Positions 27,825 to 38,562 of a stretch of 64,000 nucleotides of DNA are shown here, piece after piece; positions within the stretch are counted from its first letter, which is position 1; each line of letters begins with the position of its first letter. Below the pieces are notes generated by a model. The model worked only from the letters and a program-made list of their open reading frames with translations, was not told the DNA's origin and made no database searches. This DNA comes from an uncultured Gemmatimonadaceae bacterium (lineage in GTDB: Bacteria > Gemmatimonadota > Gemmatimonadetes > Gemmatimonadales > GWC2-71-9): positions 5,020 to 69,019 of the forward strand of contig CAZASU010000002.1 in NCBI GenBank assembly GCA_964487785.1, read 5' to 3'. The translations under genes were made by a program, and so were the position numbers.

Positions 27825-27830
27825 TATAAT
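27825..27830 (+). promoter_or_regulatory. -10-like hexamer TATAAT immediately upstream of miaB
   Basis: A perfect TATAAT lies 5 nt before the miaB ATG (27836). Only a weak -35 candidate (TTTCGG, 16-nt spacer) is present. There is no SD. Confidence 0.25.
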
Positions 27831-27835
27831 TTCCC

Positions 27836-29148
<1,313 letters not shown>

Positions 29149-29149
<1 letters not shown>

Positions 29150-29433
29150 TGAAGAATCTGGTCGAAGACCACGTGCTGGCCGCGTACGATACGCTGCGAC
29201 CGCTTTTTCCGGCGTACTGCGGCTGCGACCTGTGCCGGGACGATGTACTGGCGTTCACGCTCAATCGGGTTCCGCCCCGCTACGTATCGAGGCGCGAGGG
29301 TGCGGTGGTAACCGAAGTAAGTTTGGAGAAGGAACAGAGTCGTGCCGCCATCGAGGTGGTCGTCATGGAGGCGCTGCGCAAGATCTCGGTGGCGCCCCGG
29401 TGCGGGCGGCGTGGGGGTGTCGCCCCCGGCTAG
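29149..29433 (+). CDS. ComFB-like (late competence development) small protein
   Basis: 94 aa. The pattern NLVEDHV...CGCDLCRDDVLAFTLNRVPPRY matches the ComFB-family signature (C.C..C..D..A.ALN.LPP.Y). TGATG junction with miaB. Confidence 0.55.
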
Positions 29434-29437
29434 TCGG

Positions 29438-31696
29438 ATGGCCGCCATGAGAATGCGGCCCGCCATCCTGTTTACCACCGCCTACGGGGCCGGTCTCGCG
29501 ACCGGCCTCTTGCATTTTGGTGCACCACTCGGCGTGGTGGCGGTTACACTCGCCGCTGCACTCCTGGCCCGGCAGCCGCTCGTTATCCTGCTTGCGTCCG
29601 CTGCTTTGCTCGGGCGCCTGAGCGGGGAGCTCGCCTGGCTGCGGGAGGCGGACCAGTGTGCGGTGCGGCTGCCGGTGGGGCGAATGATCCTTTCCGCCCG
29701 CCTGCTCGAGCCGGCAGACTCGACCGGGGGCCTCGTGGTCGTGCAACCGGTGCGGGCCGGCTGCACCGGGCCCGTCACCTCCCGCTGGCCGTCTGGGCAT
29801 CCGATGGACGCGGGTCTGGTTGTCGTGGTAACCGGACAGTGGATTCCCCGGCCGGGTGCGGCCGGCCGGCCCTCCGGCACCCTTCTGGTCCGCGATGCCG
29901 CAAGCAGTCCCGGGCGCGCAGCGGCGGCGGCGCGGCTTCGCACGGCGTTGGCCCACAGCAGCCGCATACTGTATGGCGACCGGGCACCGATGGTGGACGC
30001 TCTCATTCTGGGCCGGCGCGGCGGCATCGACCGGGCGCTTCAGGACCGGTTCGCGCAATCCGGGTTGGTGCACCTCCTCTCGATCTCCGGGTTCCACGTC
30101 GGAGTGATCACCGCCTGGGTCTTCCTCCTCTGCCGGATGCTCCGCCTGGAAAGGGGGCGCGCCTTCGCACTGGCTGCCGGAGCCAGTGTCGCCTACGTGG
30201 CCTTTCTCGGCTGGCCGGCGCCGGCTACCCGGGCCGCCGCACTCGCCGTGCTTCTGGCAGCGAGCCGGGTGCGTCAGCGCAGGGTTGAGACCAACTCGCT
30301 TCTGTCGGCAACCTGTCTCTGTGTTCTTCTCATCGATCCCTGGGCGATCGCCGATCTCGGCGCGTGGCTATCGGCTGCCGCACTCTGGGGAGCCACCACC
30401 TTCAGCAGGTGGACCGACCGGACGCTCGGCGAGACGGCCTGGTGGAGGACGCTGGGATCGTCGGTCGGCGCGACCCTCGCCACAGCGCCGATTACAGCCA
30501 CCACGCTCGGGGCAGTAGCGGTAATTGGCGTCGTTCTCAATTTTCTCGCCATTCCGCTCGCGGCCGTGGCCGTGCCCGGCGTCCTGGCTAGTCTCCTCCT
30601 CTTTCCCGTGTGGCCCGGGGTTGCCGGGTCGCTGGCAGGCGGCGCCGGCCTGGCTCTCCACCTGCTGGAGCTTCTTGCCACCGCGGGTGCCGCGGTGCCC
30701 GGCGGTCACGTCATCGGGTCTGCGGAGATCCGGTCGGCACTGCCCTGGATCCTCGGCCTCGTCCTCAGTCTCTGGTGCATCGGTAAGCGGAACACGTTGA
30801 GGGAGGCCATCAGGAGGTGGGGTTGGGCGGGGGTCGTAGTACTGTGGGCCAGTCTGTTCTGGTCCTGGTCACCCCGTACGGCTAACAGCGGTTCCGGACT
30901 CGCGTTACATTTTCTCGACGTCGGCCAGGGAGATGGGGCCGTCCTGCGGACACCCGCCGGGCGCTGGGTTCTGATCGACGCGGGTCCACGAAGCAGCCAC
31001 AGCGATGCTGGCCGCCGGGTGGTCGCTCCGTTCCTGGCCAGCCAGGGGGTCCGGCAACTGGCGATCGTTGTCGTCTCCCACGCGCACGCCGACCATCTTG
31101 GCGGCGTTCCCAGCGTGCTCGATCGGTTCGACGCTCAGATGGTGATCGAGCCCGGTGAGCGGGTGGCCGACCCGCTCTACTACGCCTTTCTCGACGAGCT
31201 CGCTGCCGGTGCCATCGGGTGGCACATTGCCCGCCGTGACGAGCGCTTTGTGCTGGACGGCGTCGCCTTCACCGTTCTGCATCCCGATCCGGCCTGGCCC
31301 GGCTGGGGCGAGGACGTCAACGAAGACTCGCTCGTCCTCCTGGTGGAGTACGGCGCCTTCCAGGCCCTGTTTGCCGGTGATGCCGGCTTTCCGGCGGAGG
31401 CCGAGATGCGGAACCGGGCACGAGCCGTGGACCTCCTCAAAGTGGGTCATCACGGAAGCCGAGGCAGCACGGGCGATGAGTGGCTCGATTCGTTGCGGCC
31501 CAGGGCTGCGGTGATCTCGGTGGGACAGAACAAGTACGGCCACCCCTCGCCCACTACGCTCGCACGCTTGCGACGCCACCGGGTGGAGGTATGGCGCACC
31601 GATCGGGATGGTGCCATAACCGTCACGACCGATGGCACTGAAATGACGGTGCAGGCGAAGGGGCGCTCGACCACGTACGATGTGCGGCAGGAATAG
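29438..31696 (+). CDS. comEC: DNA internalization-related competence protein ComEC/Rec2
   Basis: Polytopic N-terminal and central competence domain plus a C-terminal metallo-beta-lactamase domain (LHFLDVGQGD, VVSHAHADHLGG, KVGHHGS). ATG 29438 is preferred over 29342, which would overlap the ComFB-like gene by 92 nt. Confidence 0.85.
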   Translation: MAAMRMRPAILFTTAYGAGLATGLLHFGAPLGVVAVTLAAALLARQPLVILLASAALLGRLSGELAWLREADQCAVRLPVGRMILSARLLEPADSTGGLVVVQPVRAGCTGPVTSRWPSGHPMDAGLVVVVTGQWIPRPGAAGRPSGTLLVRDAASSPGRAAAAARLRTALAHSSRILYGDRAPMVDALILGRRGGIDRALQDRFAQSGLVHLLSISGFHVGVITAWVFLLCRMLRLERGRAFALAAGASVAYVAFLGWPAPATRAAALAVLLAASRVRQRRVETNSLLSATCLCVLLIDPWAIADLGAWLSAAALWGATTFSRWTDRTLGETAWWRTLGSSVGATLATAPITATTLGAVAVIGVVLNFLAIPLAAVAVPGVLASLLLFPVWPGVAGSLAGGAGLALHLLELLATAGAAVPGGHVIGSAEIRSALPWILGLVLSLWCIGKRNTLREAIRRWGWAGVVVLWASLFWSWSPRTANSGSGLALHFLDVGQGDGAVLRTPAGRWVLIDAGPRSSHSDAGRRVVAPFLASQGVRQLAIVVVSHAHADHLGGVPSVLDRFDAQMVIEPGERVADPLYYAFLDELAAGAIGWHIARRDERFVLDGVAFTVLHPDPAWPGWGEDVNEDSLVLLVEYGAFQALFAGDAGFPAEAEMRNRARAVDLLKVGHHGSRGSTGDEWLDSLRPRAAVISVGQNKYGHPSPTTLARLRRHRVEVWRTDRDGAITVTTDGTEMTVQAKGRSTTYDVRQE

Positions 31697-31768
31697 TGTG
31701 AACAGTGAACTGTGAACGGTCAACGGGAGGTCGCAGACATCGGAGCTTCCTGTTCACCGTTTACCGTT
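31697..31768. repeat. Heptamer-array hairpin: (TGAACNG)x4 followed by complementary words
   Basis: Left arm 31697-31726 reads tGTGAACAG TGAACTG TGAACGG TCAACGG. Right arm 31749-31768 reads CCTGTTCACCGTTTACCGTT. The left arm starts directly after the comEC stop, and the right arm ends one nt before the ATG at 31770. Confidence 0.7.
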
Positions 31769-31769
31769 A

Positions 31770-32846
31770 ATGCTCTTGTCAGGAGGTCCTTTGAACTCGC
31801 ACGTCACAACTATCGAGCGCTTCATCCTCGACCAGGAAGATCGCTATCCCGAGGCTACGGGAGAGTTGTCCAACCTTCTCTATGACATCTGTCTTGCCGC
31901 CAAGATCATCGCCGCCTCCATCAGGCGGGCGGGCCTGGTCAACATTCTGGGCACCGCAGGTGTGCAGAACGTGCAGGGCGAGGAACAGCAGAAGCTCGAC
32001 ATCTTCGCCAACGAGACTCTGAAGAACTGCCTGAAGCACACCGGAAGGGTCTGCGTGATGGGCTCGGAGGAAGACGACGACATCATCCCGGTTCCTCCCG
32101 AGTATCCGCTCGGCAAGTACGCCGTCCTCTTCGATCCGCTCGACGGCTCCTCCAACATCGATGCCAATTCCGCAGTCGGCACCATCTTCAGCATTTACCC
32201 TCGGATCAGCATGTCCGGGCGGGGCACGGCAGCTGACGTGCTTCAACCCGGGTGCAGGCAGGTGGCGGCCGGCTACGTCATGTACGGCTCGAGCACGATG
32301 CTGGTGTACACCACGGGGCAGGGGGCACACGGGTTCACCCTCGATCCCACGATCGGCGAGTTCCTGCTCTCCCACCCGAGAATCATCACACCCCGGGTCG
32401 GCAAGTATTACAGTGTGAACGAGAGCAACTTCGGCCGGTGGGACAGGGGGATGCAGAAGGCGGTGCGTGGATTGAAGGGGGATGTGCCCGAGGGACAGGG
32501 GTCCACTGACGTGACGCCGAAGAACAGTCGCTACATGGGCTCCCTGGTGGGAGATTTTCATCGCAACCTCATCGCCGGCGGCATTTTTCTCTACCCGGCC
32601 GACAGCAAGAATCCCCGGGGGAAGCTCCGGCTGCTGTATGAGGCGAGCCCCATGGCGTTCCTGGCCGAGCAGGCCGAGGGATCGGCCACCGACGGGGTCA
32701 ACCGGATTCTCGACATCGTGCCCGAGAAGCTGCACCAGCGGACGCCATTGGTGATCGGCTCGAGGGAAGATGTGGGCTTCGTCGCCGACACGCTGCGGCG
32801 CGTGGCCGAGCGGGCGAGCGGAGCCGTTTCGCAACCGGCCTCGTGA
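31770..32846 (+). CDS. fbp: fructose-1,6-bisphosphatase class 1
   Basis: FBPase-I pattern: [29 protein letters not shown]. Start is uncertain. ATG 31770 has no SD and abuts the repeat. The in-frame TTG 31791 lies 4 nt after a perfect AGGAGG (31781-31786). Confidence 0.88.
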   Translation: MLLSGGPLNSHVTTIERFILDQEDRYPEATGELSNLLYDICLAAKIIAASIRRAGLVNILGTAGVQNVQGEEQQKLDIFANETLKNCLKHTGRVCVMGSEEDDDIIPVPPEYPLGKYAVLFDPLDGSSNIDANSAVGTIFSIYPRISMSGRGTAADVLQPGCRQVAAGYVMYGSSTMLVYTTGQGAHGFTLDPTIGEFLLSHPRIITPRVGKYYSVNESNFGRWDRGMQKAVRGLKGDVPEGQGSTDVTPKNSRYMGSLVGDFHRNLIAGGIFLYPADSKNPRGKLRLLYEASPMAFLAEQAEGSATDGVNRILDIVPEKLHQRTPLVIGSREDVGFVADTLRRVAERASGAVSQPAS

Positions 32847-34378
32847 AGACCGTCTACGGGCCCGAGGACTGGACCGGCGACCCGGCCGGCGATCTCGGAC
32901 GCCCGGGCGAGTTCCCCTTCACCCGTGGTCCCTACCCCAACATGTACACTGGGCGGCTCTGGACGATGCGCCAGTACGCCGGGTTCGGCACGGCCCAGGA
33001 GACCAACCAGCGGTTCCGGCAGCTGCTTGCCGCGGGCCAGGTGGGGCTTTCGACCGCGTTCGATCTGCCCACGCAGATGGGCTACGACTCGGACCACGCG
33101 ATGGCGGAGGGAGAGGTCGGGCGGGTCGGAGTGGCCATCGATACGGTAGAGGATATCAAGACGCTGTTCCGGGAGATCCCGCTGGACCGGGTCTCCACTT
33201 CGATGACGATCAACGCAACCGCCGCCATTCTCCTTGCCATGTATGTGGTGGCGGGTGAGGAGCAGCAGGTGCCACGGAGCAAGCTCACCGGAACCGTCCA
33301 GAATGACGTGCTCAAGGAATACATCGCGCGGGGGACGTACATCTATCCGGCCGCCCCGTCGCTGAGGCTGGTGGCCGACATCTTCCGCTTCGTGGAGGAC
33401 GAGGGGATGAGCTTCAACCCGATCTCCATCAGCGGTTATCACATGCGGGAGGCCGGCGCCACGGCGGTGCAGGAGGTCGGGTTTACGCTGGCCAATGCGC
33501 TGGAGTATGTCCGGGTTGCGGTGGGTGCCGGCCTCAGCATCGACGGCTTCGGACCCCGACTCTCGTTCTTCTTCGCCAGCCACAACAACCTCCTCGAGGA
33601 GGTGGCGAAGTTCCGAGCCGCGCGAAGGTTGTGGGCCAGGGTGATGCGGGAGCGCTTCGGGGCCGGGGACGCCACCGCACGGATGCGGTTCCACACCCAG
33701 ACCGGTGGTGTCACCCTGCAGGCGCAGCAACCGCTCAACAACGTCGTGCGGGTGACGGTGCAGGCGCTGGCGGCGGTGCTTGGCGGCACCCAATCGCTCC
33801 ACACCAACGGGTACGACGAAGCCCTCTCCCTGCCCACCTCGGAGTCGGCGACGCTGGCGCTCCGGACCCAGCAGATCCTGGGCTTCGAATCGGGCGTTTC
33901 CGAGGTGGTGGATCCACTCGCCGGCAGCTACTACGTCGAGGCGCTCACCGATTCGATCGAGGCGGGTGCACGCAAGCTGATAACCGCCGTTGATGACTTG
34001 GGTGGCGCGGCTCAGGCGATCGAGCAGGGTTTCTTCCAGGAGGCCATTGCCCGGAGCGCCTACGAGCTCCAGAAAGCCCAGGAGTCGGGCGGCCGGGTGG
34101 TGGTAGGGGTCAACCGCTATGCCGATGACTCGGCGCCGCTTTCGATCCAGCCACCTGATTTCTCCGCTCTGGAAATCGAACAGCGCGCCCGCCTGGCCCT
34201 TGTCAAACGCGAGCGTGACGGCGCGGCCGCGGCCACCGCGCTACAGACCGTTCGGCAGGCCGCCGCGGGCACCGCGCCCCTGATGCCCCCTATCATCGAT
34301 GCCGTCCGGGCCCGTTCGACCCTCGGCGAGATCAGCGATACCCTGCGTGACGTTTGGGGCGTCTATCGCCAGGCGTAA
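32843..34378 (+). CDS. methylmalonyl-CoA mutase family protein, catalytic (N-terminal) subunit without B12-binding domain
   Basis: 511 aa. [27 protein letters not shown] and a TIM-barrel region typical of acyl-CoA mutases. GTGA overlap with fbp. No C-terminal cobalamin-binding domain in this ORF. Confidence 0.85.
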   Translation: MKTVYGPEDWTGDPAGDLGRPGEFPFTRGPYPNMYTGRLWTMRQYAGFGTAQETNQRFRQLLAAGQVGLSTAFDLPTQMGYDSDHAMAEGEVGRVGVAIDTVEDIKTLFREIPLDRVSTSMTINATAAILLAMYVVAGEEQQVPRSKLTGTVQNDVLKEYIARGTYIYPAAPSLRLVADIFRFVEDEGMSFNPISISGYHMREAGATAVQEVGFTLANALEYVRVAVGAGLSIDGFGPRLSFFFASHNNLLEEVAKFRAARRLWARVMRERFGAGDATARMRFHTQTGGVTLQAQQPLNNVVRVTVQALAAVLGGTQSLHTNGYDEALSLPTSESATLALRTQQILGFESGVSEVVDPLAGSYYVEALTDSIEAGARKLITAVDDLGGAAQAIEQGFFQEAIARSAYELQKAQESGGRVVVGVNRYADDSAPLSIQPPDFSALEIEQRARLALVKRERDGAAAATALQTVRQAAAGTAPLMPPIIDAVRARSTLGEISDTLRDVWGVYRQA

Positions 34379-34446
34379 GGCTGATTCAAGCGGCGCAGGT
34401 TCGGTTGGACTAAGCAGGCAGGTCCCGCAATATCGACCTCATGATT

Positions 34447-34480
34447 CACCACGAAGGCACGAAGGACACGAAGGCTTCGG
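34447..34480. repeat. Tandem CACGAAGG words (x3)
   Basis: cacCACGAAGG CACGAAGG a CACGAAGG cttcgg, inside a 209-nt non-coding gap. There is no long complementary arm. Confidence 0.6.
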
Positions 34481-34522
34481 CTGATCGCCTCCATGGTAAA
34501 CTCTCGCTGGAGCCATTCCCGC

Positions 34523-34551
34523 TTGTACGCTCCCCCAGGGCTCGGTAAGTT
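34523..34551 (+). promoter_or_regulatory. candidate sigma70-type promoter for the fmdB-like/argS string
   Basis: TTGTAC, a 17-nt spacer, then TAAGTT, located 36 nt upstream of the ATG at 34587. Pattern match only. Confidence 0.25.
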
Positions 34552-34586
34552 TAGAACCTGATTTCGTTTACCTCAGACGGGCGACC

Positions 34587-34952
34587 ATGCCGACCTATGA
34601 GTACCAGTGCCCGGAAGGGCACGAGTTCGAGCTCTTTCAGAGGATGGCCGAGAAGCCCCGCGCCAAGTGCCCGATGTGCGGGAAAATCGCCGCGCGCCAG
34701 ATCTCCGGTGGGGCCGGGTTGGTATTCAAGGGCAGCGGCTTTTACATCACGGACTACGGCAAGGACGGCAAGGGTCCGCGGAAGGATCCGTCGGAGAAGT
34801 CGGACAGCGGAGAATCCAAGGAGGCCAAGCCCGCGGCCGAATCCAAGTCTGGCGACTCCTCGAAGTCTGAGGCCAAGCCCCCCGCCAAATCAGAAGCCAA
34901 GCCCGGCAAGCAGCCGCCGAGCAAAGGGCCGGCAAAGGGCGCTCCCGAGTGA
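34587..34952 (+). CDS. FmdB-family zinc-ribbon protein with Lys/Ser/Pro/Glu-rich tail
   Basis: MPTYEYQCPEGHEFE...KCPMCGK (CxxC...CxxC zinc ribbon), then GSGFYITDYGK. The low-complexity tail has three EAKP-type units. Confidence 0.75.
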   Translation: MPTYEYQCPEGHEFELFQRMAEKPRAKCPMCGKIAARQISGGAGLVFKGSGFYITDYGKDGKGPRKDPSEKSDSGESKEAKPAAESKSGDSSKSEAKPPAKSEAKPGKQPPSKGPAKGAPE

Positions 34953-36586
34953 GCGAAATCCTTCGCGCCGAGCTGTCGCGGGTGGCCTCGCGGCTCGGTG
35001 CCGACGGAATCGAGTTCGTGCTGGAGCGCCCCCGGGACGCGGGCCACGGCGACCTGGCGACCAACCTCGCCATGGTGCTCGCGCGGCGGGAGCGGGCCAA
35101 CCCGCGCAAGACCGCCGAGCGGGTGCTCCAGGAACTGCATCTCTCACCTGATCTGGTCCAGAAGACGGAGATCGCGGGCCCCGGCTTCATCAACTTCTGG
35201 TTGGCCGGCGACCAGCTCGCCAGCGTCCACCGCCGTATCCTCTCCGAGGGAGTGGACTACGGACGGAGCGAGCTGGGCAGGGGGCTCGACGTCAACGTCG
35301 AGTTTGTCTCCGCGAATCCCACCGGACCCCTGCACGTCGGCCACGGCCGGCAGGCGGCCCTGGGCGACGCGATCGCGGCGCTGCTTCAGTGGACCGGTCA
35401 CAAGGTGGTCCGCGAGTTCTACTACAATGACGCCGGGGTCCAGATCGTCAATCTGGGCGACAGCGTGCAAGCGCGGGTACGTGAGGCGCTCGGCGAGCGG
35501 GCATCGATTCCCGAGGGCGGCTATCACGGCGAGTACATCAAGGAGATTGCGGCCACCTACGTCCGGGAGCATCCCGACGATCCCCGTGCCGAGCGGGTCG
35601 AGGATGTCCGCCGCCTGGCGGTGCGCGAGCTGCGGCAGGAGCAGGATCGGGATCTGAAAGCCCTGGGCGTGGTATTCGACGTCTACTACCTGGAATCCTC
35701 GCTCTACTCGGCAGGGAAGGTGGACGCCGTGGTCGGTGCGCTCAGCGCCCGGGGCCAGACCTACGAAGACGACGGCGCGCTCTGGCTCCGCACCACAGCA
35801 TACGGTGACGACAAGGACCGGGTGATGCGGAAGTCAGACGGCACCTTCACCTACTTCGTGCCCGACGTGGCCTACCATGTCACCAAGTGGGAGCGCGGGT
35901 TCCGGCAGGCCATCAACGTTCAGGGAGCCGATCACCACAGCACGGTCACGCGGGTCCGCGCCGGCCTGCAGGCGCTGGGAATGGGCCTCCCCGCCGACTA
36001 CCCCGAATACGTGCTGCACCAGATGGTGACCGTGATGAAAGGTGGGGAGGAGGTCAGGATCTCCAAGCGCGCGGGCAGCTACGTGACTGTGCGGGAGCTC
36101 ATCGACGACGTCGGGATCGACGCGGTGCGCTACTTCTTCCTGATGCGGAAGGGCGACTCGCAGCTCATCTTCGATGTGGACCTGGCCCGGGAACAGAGCG
36201 ACAAGAATCCGGTCTTCTACGTGCAGATGGCACACGCCCGCCTCAGCGGAATCTTCCGCACCGCCGATCGGGATCCCGAGACCATCAGCGGGGATCTCGA
36301 CGTGGGCGCGCTCCTGGCGCCGCAGGACCTCGAGCTCCTCAAGAAGCTGGCAGCCTTCCCCGACGTAGCGGAGGCTGCGGCGCGGGAGCGTGAGCCTCAC
36401 CGCATCGCTACCTATCTGCATGAGCTGGCGACCGTCGTGCATGGGTGGTATCACCACACACGCGCCGTCGGGGCCCCCGAGGGTCCCGCCACCGAGCATG
36501 CGCGGCTCCTGCTCGCCCGGGCTGCGCGAACCGTCCTGGCCAATGCGCTTGGGCTGCTCGGCATTTCCGCCCCTGACAGGATGTGA
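34949..36586 (+). CDS. argS: arginine--tRNA ligase
   Basis: 545 aa. Class I HIGH-type motif PTGPLHVGHGR, plus ISKRAG and a C-terminal anticodon-binding (DALR) region. GTGA overlap with the upstream gene. Confidence 0.93.
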   Translation: MSEILRAELSRVASRLGADGIEFVLERPRDAGHGDLATNLAMVLARRERANPRKTAERVLQELHLSPDLVQKTEIAGPGFINFWLAGDQLASVHRRILSEGVDYGRSELGRGLDVNVEFVSANPTGPLHVGHGRQAALGDAIAALLQWTGHKVVREFYYNDAGVQIVNLGDSVQARVREALGERASIPEGGYHGEYIKEIAATYVREHPDDPRAERVEDVRRLAVRELRQEQDRDLKALGVVFDVYYLESSLYSAGKVDAVVGALSARGQTYEDDGALWLRTTAYGDDKDRVMRKSDGTFTYFVPDVAYHVTKWERGFRQAINVQGADHHSTVTRVRAGLQALGMGLPADYPEYVLHQMVTVMKGGEEVRISKRAGSYVTVRELIDDVGIDAVRYFFLMRKGDSQLIFDVDLAREQSDKNPVFYVQMAHARLSGIFRTADRDPETISGDLDVGALLAPQDLELLKKLAAFPDVAEAAAREREPHRIATYLHELATVVHGWYHHTRAVGAPEGPATEHARLLLARAARTVLANALGLLGISAPDRM

Positions 36587-36590
36587 TCCG

Positions 36591-37511
36591 ATGTCTTTGC
36601 TGGTGGTCGGGAGCATAGCGCTCGACTCCATCTTCACGCCCTTCGGCGAGACTGCTGACGCGCTGGGTGGGTCGGCCGTCTATTTCAGCGTAGCCGGCTC
36701 CATTCTGCATCCGGTCCAGGTGGTGGGTGTGGTCGGCCATGACTATCCCTACGCCGAGCTCGAGCGGCTTGCTCTCAGGGGCATCGATTGGTCCGGGGTC
36801 GAGCGGGCGCAAGGAGAAAGCTTCCGCTGGAAGGGGAAGTACTCCTACGACCTGCAGAGCCGCGAGACGCTGGAAACCCGGCTTGGTGTCTTCGCCGACT
36901 TCCAGCCCAAGCTCCCGGCGTCCTTCCGGTCATCACGTTTCCTGTTCCTGGGTAACATCGACCCCGAGCTTCAGCTGGGAGTGTTAGAGCAAGTTGAAGA
37001 GCCCGAGCTGGTGGTGTGCGACACCATGAACTACTGGATCCAGAGCAAGAAAGCCGAGCTACTCCGGCTGCTCAGCCGGGTGGACGTGCTCATGGTAAAC
37101 GACGGTGAAGCCCGCGAGCTGAGCGGCGACTGGAACATCCATCGGGCGGGCCGCTGGATCCTGTCCCATGGTCCCAAGCGCGTGGTCATTAAGCAGGGCG
37201 AGCACGGAGCCCTTCTGATCGAGGCGAATCGCACCTTCTATGTGCCGGCCTATCCTTTGGAGACCGTATTCGACCCTACCGGCGCCGGGGACGCGTTCGC
37301 CGGCGGGTTCATGGCCTATCTGGCGCGCACCCGGATGGTCACTGAGGACAACCTGCGTCGTGCCATGGTGTACGGAGCGGCGCTGGGGTCGTATGCCGTG
37401 GAGCAGTTCGGAATTCGCGCTTTTGACAACCTCACCCTGGCTGACGTCGAAACCCGGGTTCGCGCCTTTCAGGACCTGACCCATGTCCCGCTGGCCCAGG
37501 CGCTCGGGTGA
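36591..37511 (+). CDS. PfkB/ribokinase-family carbohydrate or nucleoside kinase
   Basis: ATG 36591 gives MSLLVVGSIALDSI. Contains the PfkB signature DPTGAGDAFAGG. The ORF-track start 36390 lies inside argS. Confidence 0.75.
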   Translation: MSLLVVGSIALDSIFTPFGETADALGGSAVYFSVAGSILHPVQVVGVVGHDYPYAELERLALRGIDWSGVERAQGESFRWKGKYSYDLQSRETLETRLGVFADFQPKLPASFRSSRFLFLGNIDPELQLGVLEQVEEPELVVCDTMNYWIQSKKAELLRLLSRVDVLMVNDGEARELSGDWNIHRAGRWILSHGPKRVVIKQGEHGALLIEANRTFYVPAYPLETVFDPTGAGDAFAGGFMAYLARTRMVTEDNLRRAMVYGAALGSYAVEQFGIRAFDNLTLADVETRVRAFQDLTHVPLAQALG

Positions 37512-38551
37512 AGGAGACTGCCGGCTCGCCCCGTGAGTACGCCGCTGCCGGGGTAGATCTCGAGACCGCGGAGGCGGCCAAGGCGCGCATCGGCGACCTG
37601 GTAGCGGGCACTCGTACCGCATTGTCCACCGGCCGAGTTGGGGCATTCGGGGGAATGGTGCGCATCCCCGCCGGCATGCGGCGACCCACGCTGGTCCTGA
37701 GCACCGATGGGGTCGGCACCAAGGTGCTCGTTGCATTACAGGCGAAACGATTCGATACGGTAGGCGAGGACCTGGTCAACCACAGCGTGAACGACATCCT
37801 GGTGCATGGGGCCGAGCCGATTGCCTTCATGGACTACATCGCGGGTGCCGGGTTGAGTGTGGAGCAGATTGCGCAGATTGTGGAGGGGATCGCTCGCGGG
37901 TGCCGCGCCCACGGAATGGCACTCGCCGGCGGTGAGACGGCGCAGATGCCCGGCCTGTACCAGCCTGGGACGTACGATCTGGCCGGCACCATCATTGGCG
38001 TGGTGGAGGAGGATCGCGCGCTCTACGGTGACGCGATCACGCCCGGGGACGTGCTGCTGGGCTACGCGTCCACCGGCCTGCACACCAACGGCTACACGCT
38101 GGCGCGGCGAATCGTCTTCCAACAAATGGGTCTGGACCTGGCCGACCAGCTGGGGGACACCGGCCAGACCGTCGCTCAGGCCCTGCTGGCCGTGCATCAG
38201 AGCTACTACCGGAGCGTGGTACCGGTGCTCGACCGCATGCACGGTCTGGCACATATCACCGGCGGAGGTATAGGGGGTAATCTGGTGCGGATATTGCCTG
38301 CTGAGAGTCAGGCGACGGTGGATCCCCATAGCTGGGAGCTGCCGCCGCTTTTCATGACGCTGCAGCAGGCAGGGCGGGTCTCCACCGGGGAAATGCGAGA
38401 CGTTTTTAACCTTGGAGTTGGCCTTATCGCCGTGCTGCCCCCAGATGCCGTAGCGGCCGCCCAAAGCGCCGCTGCCGCCGACGGGGTCCCCACTTGGGTG
38501 ATGGGCGAGATTCGTAGCGGCAGCCGCACCGTGCGTTTCGCCCGTCCGTAA
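37508..38551 (+). CDS. purM: phosphoribosylformylglycinamidine cyclo-ligase (AIR synthetase)
   Basis: 347 aa. YAAAGVDLE, STDGVGTKV and DYIA motifs. GTGA overlap with the kinase gene. Confidence 0.92.
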   Translation: MKETAGSPREYAAAGVDLETAEAAKARIGDLVAGTRTALSTGRVGAFGGMVRIPAGMRRPTLVLSTDGVGTKVLVALQAKRFDTVGEDLVNHSVNDILVHGAEPIAFMDYIAGAGLSVEQIAQIVEGIARGCRAHGMALAGGETAQMPGLYQPGTYDLAGTIIGVVEEDRALYGDAITPGDVLLGYASTGLHTNGYTLARRIVFQQMGLDLADQLGDTGQTVAQALLAVHQSYYRSVVPVLDRMHGLAHITGGGIGGNLVRILPAESQATVDPHSWELPPLFMTLQQAGRVSTGEMRDVFNLGVGLIAVLPPDAVAAAQSAAAADGVPTWVMGEIRSGSRTVRFARP

Positions 38552-38562
38552 CGGAGAATACG

